From a virus, in IMG/VR virus record IMGVR_UViG_3300020416_001284, positions 6,796-70,795 of that record: DNA of 64,000 nucleotides; one strand, 5' to 3'. Below, piece by piece: positions 58,653 through 64,000 of the stretch. The notes under the pieces are model-generated. The model made no database searches. It was not told the origin of the DNA and saw only the letters and a list, made by a program, of their open reading frames with translations. The translations under genes were made by a program, and so were the position numbers. Positions within the stretch are counted from its first letter, which is position 1. Every line of letters begins with the position of its first letter.

Positions 58653-59333
58653 ATGTCAGCTTACTTCCGCAACATTCCAAATTTTGAATATGTAAACAGA
58701 CTGCCAGAATCTCACAGCAGTTCAGAATATCTTGAAGTAAAAAACCTTTTTAAAAGAGGAAAAATTAGAGATGATATATTTAAAGATGTTACCTATTTTA
58801 CCAAATACAGCATTCAAGGAGATGATAGACCCGATAATGTTGCTTTTCAAGTCTATCAAGATTCAAAATTAGATTGGGTAGTTCTTTTAGCAAATAATAT
58901 CATCAACATTCAAGATGAATGGCCTCTTACTCAAGAATCATTTGAAAATTATCTTCTCCACAAATACGAGAACCAGCAAAATATACACAGCATTCATCAT
59001 TACGAAAGTAAAGAAGTAAAAGACAGTCTTGGAGCTACTATTCTAAAAGAAGGTCTTCAAGTTCCAAAAAATTTCTCAATGAAATTTCTTGATTCTAACT
59101 TAGGAACCTATACAGAAATAGGAGGGGCTGGAAATCCTATAACATCAGAAGTAACTAATTATGAGTATGAAGTAGACCTTCAAGATAAAAAAAGACAAAT
59201 ATACCTATTAAAACAAAATTATCTCAATATAGTTCTTACTGATATGGATCGTATGATGCCATATAAAACGGGTTCCACCCAGTATGTGAGTGAAACCCTA
59301 GTTAAAGGAGAAAATATTAAAATATATTCTTAA
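58653..59333 (+). CDS. gp53: Baseplate wedge subunit gp53
   Basis: YFRNIPNFEY, KNLFKR, DDRPDNVA..Y....LDWVVLL.NNI....EWP, IHHYE. Confidence 0.9.
   Translation: MSAYFRNIPNFEYVNRLPESHSSSEYLEVKNLFKRGKIRDDIFKDVTYFTKYSIQGDDRPDNVAFQVYQDSKLDWVVLLANNIINIQDEWPLTQESFENYLLHKYENQQNIHSIHHYESKEVKDSLGATILKEGLQVPKNFSMKFLDSNLGTYTEIGGAGNPITSEVTNYEYEVDLQDKKRQIYLLKQNYLNIVLTDMDRMMPYKTGSTQYVSETLVKGENIKIYS
59262..59298 (-). terminator. Intrinsic terminator for gp32, embedded antisense in the gp53 3' end
   Basis: Minus strand GGGTTTCACTCA-CATAC-TGGGTGGAACCC-GTTTTAT: 12-bp stem with G-U pairs valid only on this strand. Confidence 0.6.
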
Positions 59334-60239
59334 TTATTCCTCTGCAAGTTTTTGGAAATAAGAAAGAGCATCATCCTCATCTGAACTAGCAGATGCTACA
59401 GGAGCAGCAGCTACAGGTTCTTTACGAGCATTAAAGTCTGGTGCATAAGAACCACGACTGTTATCTTCCTCTGCTACCTCTTCGTCTATACGACGTGCAG
59501 GTTGCTTATTACCTAAAACATAGTCCAAACGCTTCTTCAGGTCATCATATGACTTGAATTGGTCTGGTGCGGTGACAGCAGTGAGTGAATACTGCTTCTT
59601 CCACAATGCCTCTAGTGCATCATCGTCATCAAGCAATGGTGATACTGAATCGAACTCTGACTTATCATAGTTCCAGTAACCATCTTTCTTAACGATTTTC
59701 AATTTGAAATTAGCACCTTGCCAGAAGTCAAAAGGATTAATCGGAGTCTCATCCTCAAATTCAGGTTGCATGGATTCCATGACCTTATCAAAGATTTTCT
59801 TACCAAATTTATATAAGAAGACTTTACCCTCATTTTGAGGATTAGTAGGATCCTTTACGACATAGATGTTTGCATAGTAAGAAAGCTTACGCTTCTGCTT
59901 ACGAACTACATCTTTATCTGACTCATTACCACTATTCCATAATTCACGATTATATTCAGAAACAGGATCTTTACCACCAGTAGTAGTTAAAGAATTTTCA
60001 ATATACCATCCACCTGGTCCTTGAAATGCATGTGAATACATCTTTGCCCAAGGGATATCCTCTCCATTAGGAGCAGGAAGGAATCGAATAACGGCATAAC
60101 CGTTACCTGTTTTATCAAGTTCTGGTTTCCAAAGGCGATCATCACCTCCTCCACCATTGTTCATCTTCTCCACTTCTTTGACCAATTTAGAAGTCAAAGA
60201 TCCTAGAGAGGATTGTTTTTTTAAGTCTGAAAATGACAT
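59334..60239 (-). CDS. gp32: Single-stranded DNA-binding protein gp32
   Basis: DDRLWKP..DK.GNGYAVIRFLP, HAFQGPGGWYIENSLTT, YKFGKKIFDK, GANFKLKI, acidic tail. Confidence 0.95.
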   Translation of the reverse strand: MSFSDLKKQSSLGSLTSKLVKEVEKMNNGGGGDDRLWKPELDKTGNGYAVIRFLPAPNGEDIPWAKMYSHAFQGPGGWYIENSLTTTGGKDPVSEYNRELWNSGNESDKDVVRKQKRKLSYYANIYVVKDPTNPQNEGKVFLYKFGKKIFDKVMESMQPEFEDETPINPFDFWQGANFKLKIVKKDGYWNYDKSEFDSVSPLLDDDDALEALWKKQYSLTAVTAPDQFKSYDDLKKRLDYVLGNKQPARRIDEEVAEEDNSRGSYAPDFNARKEPVAAAPVASASSDEDDALSYFQKLAEE

Positions 60240-60278
60240 TTAGATTTTTATTGAGATTTGGCTTGTGTGTACCTTTTT

Positions 60279-60307
60279 AGTATATCAAGTTAAAGGTTCT
60301 TTGTCAA
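60279..60307 (-). promoter_or_regulatory. Sigma70-type early promoter TTGACA-N17-TATACT for gp32
   Basis: -35 at 60302-60307, -10 at 60279-60284. Confidence 0.75.
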
Positions 60308-60626
60308 TGTTTTTTTTCATCATACTTACCATATTATTCATATTGGCAAATAAAATATTCATGTCCACATTAGTAGGAAGACCCATTTGACGAGCACCTT
60401 CTAAAATGCTTTTTTTCATTTCTTTAGCTTGAGGATCATCTGATAAACTAACACGAGTATAAAGAACTCGTTGCTTATTTAAAAGTTTCTCCAGAATAGC
60501 AACATGATATAATTGATCGTCTTTTGACATTGTGGGAAATTTGAAGACATTAGTATAAACCTCCTCTTGGAGTTCATGTATCTCTGCCATTTCTGCACGG
60601 ACAACTTCAGAATCGAAAAAGCTCAT
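60285..60626 (-). CDS. DUF1825-like cyanobacterial/cyanophage protein
   Basis: MSFFDSEVVRAE...R..LSDDP.AKEMK. Confidence 0.7.
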   Translation of the reverse strand: MSFFDSEVVRAEMAEIHELQEEVYTNVFKFPTMSKDDQLYHVAILEKLLNKQRVLYTRVSLSDDPQAKEMKKSILEGARQMGLPTNVDMNILFANMNNMVSMMKKNIDKEPLT

Positions 60627-61210
60627 AGGACAGTTTGTTTAAGAATCTTTTTATACTTGGGTACATCTATATTTAGGAAAGGTTTATACTTTTTCATCTT
60701 TTTACTTACGGTTTCCCAGATAGGATCATTCAATTTCTGATCAAAATCTTTTCTATAGTCAAATACAGAATCACAGATTACAAGAGTTTCGAGTGATATT
60801 TTCCCACCAAGATAATTTCTTAAAATAGGTGGATGTCCCTCAGAACAGTCAAATACATCATTTACCTCATTATCCTCAAAAAGCAAATTTATCTCTTCTT
60901 TAAAAATATACGAAAGTGACTGAATTTTCTTTTTCCAGTCAATATAGCGATTTTCCCCTTCTTTGATCATTTCACCAATCCACATAGTTGCGGGATCTGT
61001 GGTGTGTATGAAATTAGAGACGAAAAACTCTTCTACCTCTTTATCGTTTTTTTGCCTTGCAAACTTTTCAAACCAAAATCGATCCTTTCTCTTATAAAAG
61101 GCTTGTTGAGTTGCTCTCGTCTTACCACGATACTTGATATAATCATAATGATCTTTAGTAAAGTGATTCTTCAACGAGAGATAACAACGATATGCATCAA
61201 AAGGCATCAT
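60623..61210 (-). CDS. gp59: Helicase loader gp59
   Basis: Y..YLSLKNHFT...YDY.KY.GK, F.KRKDRF.FEK, ISLETLVI, KY.PFL. Confidence 0.85.
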   Translation of the reverse strand: MMPFDAYRCYLSLKNHFTKDHYDYIKYRGKTRATQQAFYKRKDRFWFEKFARQKNDKEVEEFFVSNFIHTTDPATMWIGEMIKEGENRYIDWKKKIQSLSYIFKEEINLLFEDNEVNDVFDCSEGHPPILRNYLGGKISLETLVICDSVFDYRKDFDQKLNDPIWETVSKKMKKYKPFLNIDVPKYKKILKQTVL

Positions 61211-61383
61211 TCTTCATTCTGTATCAATTCTTTCCAATGTGCATACATCGCACCGTAGATCATTCCCTCATGGGCTCTGATCTTTGATCCGTCCAACAGT
61301 TCCAATTCCCTCTTTGATAATTGTCTTGGGGTCATGTCCCTGTATTCCTTCTCCCAGTTTGGGATTCTTTTTATGTAATTCAT
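61207..61383 (-). CDS. Small hypothetical protein
   Basis: MNYIKRIPNWEKEY...LLDG...HEGMIYGAMYAHWK; start probably 61383. Confidence 0.55.
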   Translation of the reverse strand: MNYIKRIPNWEKEYRDMTPRQLSKRELELLDGSKIRAHEGMIYGAMYAHWKELIQNEE

Positions 61384-61531
61384 TGGATAATTGACGTTCA
61401 ATTTCAAATTCTAAATCAGATAATGAGGATGTCAAATATTCTTGATACTCATTATCTTCAATAAGATCATATAAATGAGCAATGTGCTCCAGAGCAAAGA
61501 CTAACTTAGTCTGTTGATTCATTTTAGGCAT
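61268..61531 (-). CDS. Small hypothetical protein
   Basis: ATG coupled (TAATG) to the upstream Hc1-like ORF. Confidence 0.55.
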   Translation of the reverse strand: MPKMNQQTKLVFALEHIAHLYDLIEDNEYQEYLTSSLSDLEFEIERQLSNELHKKNPKLGEGIQGHDPKTIIKEGIGTVGRIKDQSP

Positions 61532-61707
61532 TATCCACTATTCTTCTTATCTTGGATTTCTGCACGTCTTGCTTTTGCAAGTTTAGTCAATTCACCAAGT
61601 GCTTTACGTGCTCTCGTACCTGCGACTTTAACACCCTTATCTTCAAAAGATTCAGATTCGGCAATATAAGAGTTGAAAGACTCTTGGATTTGTTCATGTA
61701 AGGTCAT
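61531..61707 (-). CDS. Histone H1-like (Hc1 family) small DNA-binding protein (58 aa; missing from the ORF track)
   Basis: MTLHEQIQESFNSYIAESESFEDKGVKVAGTRARKALGELTKLAKARRAEIQDKKNSG; G.K.AG.RARKA motif. Confidence 0.7.
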   Translation of the reverse strand: MTLHEQIQESFNSYIAESESFEDKGVKVAGTRARKALGELTKLAKARRAEIQDKKNSG

Positions 61708-61717
61708 TTTCTTTATT

Positions 61718-61790
61718 TAAAAAAAGTAATAGGGCAAAAAAAGCTTGGAGTTTTTTTTCCGCCTTTTTTGGAATTAAAAGCTAGCCTCCC
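61718..61790 (-). other. Conserved intergenic hairpin element, copy 2
   Basis: Aligns with 37688-37759 (aaaaagtaata.gg.caaaaa...ggag..tttttt...cc.t.ttt..gaattaaaag). Confidence 0.65.
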
Positions 61791-61799
61791 CTGAGGCTA
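61773..61799 (-). terminator. Possible terminator after gp33
   Basis: TAGCCTC-AGGG-GAGGCTA followed by GCTTTTAATT on the minus strand. Confidence 0.5.
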
Positions 61800-62054
61800 A
61801 AAAATTAATTTCGCACGACTAGTTCGCTTTAAAAAATTTAACTCTTGGGCCTCGTACTTTATCTTCTCCTTTAACGGTTTAGATATAAGTTTAGGAACTG
61901 ATTCCAAATCAATACTATTCTGCTCACAGAAATGAATGATAGCATCAATGTAATTAAGGTTACCATTTTCATGGACCAAAGATTCTATCTCCTGTGCGAA
62001 CCTAGACGGACAGAAAAATTTATTTTCAAGTGCCTTCTCTAGTTCATTCTCCAT
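61797..62054 (-). CDS. gp33: Late transcription coactivator gp33
   Basis: F..EIE..V.....NYIDAI..FCE.N.I..ESVPKLISKPLKEKIK.EA..LNFL; start likely MENE. Confidence 0.9.
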   Translation of the reverse strand: MENELEKALENKFFCPSRFAQEIESLVHENGNLNYIDAIIHFCEQNSIDLESVPKLISKPLKEKIKYEAQELNFLKRTSRAKLIF

Positions 62055-62727
62055 TCTGGGACCTAGTATTGTGATGTACAAATTCTTTAATATATCGAAC
62101 TAGAAGTTTAATATAATCCCCTTTGTTCCTTTTGTCAAATACTTTTACTTCACCTGAAGGAGTTACCATCAAAGTAATAAGTTTTTTAACAGGGATTTCA
62201 GTTAGTTCATAGTAAGCAGCAGCATAAAAAGTCTCCTGTACGAAATAGTTTTCCAACCACTTCTCAGGTTTAATCTTCTCAGATGTCTTAAAGTCTATGA
62301 CTGCTAACTCGCCTTCATACTCCGCTATACAATCAACTCTACCTGCAAGACCAAGGTACTCAGAGTAAAGGGTTCTCTCTATAGCGTGTATGTTATTTAT
62401 CTTATCCAGATATGGTGCTGCATGATGAAACATGAACTTGGTTGCTGGTCTATAATCATCCCAGTTAAGTTCTTTGTTCTCTAGATATGCCTGTGCTGCC
62501 TCATGAAAATCAGTCCCACGAGCAGTGGCTTTCTTTGTAATTCTATTTGCTTCTTCTATACCTACTTTCTTCCTCCACTTAATAAAGATATCACGATTAT
62601 AAAAGGATGTTACTGATGTAATAGAAGGAACCCACTGACCATCAGGTAGTTGATACAACCTACAACCAGGAGTTTCTTTCTTTTCTAATTCAAGTTCACC
62701 TAAGAAATTACAATGAGTAAAGGTCAT
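62044..62727 (-). CDS. PD-(D/E)XK exonuclease
   Basis: PSITSV, RGTDFH, AGRVDCIAEYEGELAVIDFKTS, YFVQ..YA. Confidence 0.85.
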   Translation of the reverse strand: MTFTHCNFLGELELEKKETPGCRLYQLPDGQWVPSITSVTSFYNRDIFIKWRKKVGIEEANRITKKATARGTDFHEAAQAYLENKELNWDDYRPATKFMFHHAAPYLDKINNIHAIERTLYSEYLGLAGRVDCIAEYEGELAVIDFKTSEKIKPEKWLENYFVQETFYAAAYYELTEIPVKKLITLMVTPSGEVKVFDKRNKGDYIKLLVRYIKEFVHHNTRSQNGE

Positions 62728-63476
62728 AAATTAAGTTCCAGTTTCGCAAGTAAATATTCCTTACACAAACCTGATCTTACAATATCCTCAACACCAAATT
62801 CAATGATGTCAACTGATGGCATGATACGAAGGATTTGCATGAAATCATGAATACCATTCCTCTCATTTTGCTTAATCAAATCAGTCTGAGTAGCATCACC
62901 ACAGAACATTATTTTTGTGTCTGTACCGATCCTTGTTATTATACTATCTAATTCATGATAATTCAAGTTCTGGAATTCATCTACAATAATGATAGCCTTA
63001 TCTAATGTTGTACCACGAATGAATGATGTGCTCCAAAAGTCAATAGTATCTTGACCCTTAAGATTACCATAGAGCATTTGGAAGTCTGCATCTGATGGCA
63101 TCTCAAACATATACTTCACCATATTCTTATAAGGAATCTGATAAAGTGATGACTTATCTTCATGGTCACCAGGTAAGAATCCAATCTCTCTGGTGGCAAC
63201 AAGTGACCTTACAATATAAATTTTATCATAAGGAGTGCTTGGATCTAGTACCTCTTGCAGAGCATTATAAAGAGTGATGAATGTCTTACCAGTTCCTGCT
63301 GCACCATAAGCAACAAGATTCTTTCCTTTCTTATAGGAGTCAAATAATTTTTTCTGATTATCGGTGAGGGGTTCGATGTCCCTCATCATATCAGTATTAA
63401 TGGGTTTCTTTCTTTTCATCTGCTTAGATGTTAATCCTACACCTATAGGTTGATCTGCTTTCTTTTTTCGTGCCAT
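62724..63476 (-). CDS. phoH: PhoH family ATPase
   Basis: GAAGTGKT, REIGFLPG, TSFIRGTT, DEFQN, FCGD..QTDL, DIVRSG; start likely MARK. Confidence 0.95.
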   Translation of the reverse strand: MARKKKADQPIGVGLTSKQMKRKKPINTDMMRDIEPLTDNQKKLFDSYKKGKNLVAYGAAGTGKTFITLYNALQEVLDPSTPYDKIYIVRSLVATREIGFLPGDHEDKSSLYQIPYKNMVKYMFEMPSDADFQMLYGNLKGQDTIDFWSTSFIRGTTLDKAIIIVDEFQNLNYHELDSIITRIGTDTKIMFCGDATQTDLIKQNERNGIHDFMQILRIMPSVDIIEFGVEDIVRSGLCKEYLLAKLELNL

Positions 63477-63477
63477 A

Positions 63478-63774
63478 TTAATCAGCCATGGCCTCCGACT
63501 CAGTTGTACCAATATTTTTGGTTCTTGCTAATCTTCCAGAGATACCTCCAGATTTTTCAGCACTCTTGAGAATGTCACCCCATCCAGGATTCTTATTAAC
63601 AACTTTATCTCTCCATTCACCAAGTTCAACTCCCATCAGAGGCATACTGGTAGGATCAGAATAATCACGAGACCAATCAGGGTTATCAGCACACCACTGA
63701 TCCCAATCATGGACACTCATCATAATTTCTTTCTGTTCACCAGTTTTCTGATTAACAACAGGGTACGTAGCCAT
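63478..63774 (-). CDS. Conserved T4-like hypothetical protein (FmdB-like position upstream of phoH)
   Basis: MATYPV.N..TGEQKE..MS..W......NPDW, PGW..IL. Confidence 0.65.
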   Translation of the reverse strand: MATYPVVNQKTGEQKEIMMSVHDWDQWCADNPDWSRDYSDPTSMPLMGVELGEWRDKVVNKNPGWGDILKSAEKSGGISGRLARTKNIGTTESEAMAD

Positions 63775-63801
63775 ACAAATCTTAATAGGGTTTACGATTA
63801 T

Positions 63802-64000
63802 TTAGGAAATCCAGTCAAGAGCTTCAGCAACAGTAGGAAATTGTTCACAAAAAATAGAACGAACTCCTTCTGCTACATCCATATGCTCTTTCTGTGTTCC
63901 ATGTGCAGAACGTAGATCAATATAATGCACCCATGATCTTACAGAACCAGTCATATAGATTCTTGTAGGAGTAGCAAGAGGTAATACAAACCTTGCACAC
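63802..64000 (-). CDS. thyX: FAD-dependent thymidylate synthase (C-terminal part)
   Basis: Manual translation [39 protein letters not shown]...EALDWIS*. Confidence 0.9.
   Translation of the reverse strand, partial: CARFVLPLATPTRIYMTGSVRSWVHYIDLRSAHGTQKEHMDVAEGVRSIFCEQFPTVAEALDWIS

Noticed and set aside
1-64000. tRNA, rRNA, introns, inteins, transposases, integrases
   Set aside because: None recognised by eye. Intergenic gaps are mostly under 80 nt and core genes look normal in length. A covariance search would be needed to exclude small RNAs.

Overview
This is a 64-kb AT-rich segment of a large T4-like marine cyanomyovirus, probably a P-SSM2-type Prochlorococcus/Synechococcus phage. The call rests on T4 core genes together with cp12, phoH, thyX and DUF1825. 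Almost all genes are on the minus strand. From right to left it holds: thyX (partial), phoH, an exonuclease, gp33, an Hc1 histone-H1-like ORF, gp59 and gp32; the baseplate/tail-initiation block (gp53, gp48, gp2, gp4, gp54, gp26, gp51, two tape-measure-like genes, a hub protein, cp12, a 2040-aa gp5-like protein); several large fibre proteins; and a ~26-kb accessory island. The island has six RCC1 beta-propeller genes interleaved with 7 2OG-Fe(II) oxygenases, about 7 glycosyltransferase-like genes, a sulfotransferase and an ADP-heptose-type nucleotide-sugar pathway. The main observations are: (1) a candidate programmed -1 frameshift (GGAGG-10nt-T TTT TTC) fusing gp26 to the unannotated gp51 ORF, arranged like lambda G/GT; (2) a family of RCC1 propellers with DNA-level homogenised repeat anchors, plus a possible dedicated hydroxylation/glycosylation/sulfation system; (3) nested domain insertions in the gp5-like protein; (4) a conserved ~70-nt hairpin element present twice, 24 kb apart. 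All product calls come from motif recognition by eye; no database searches were run.
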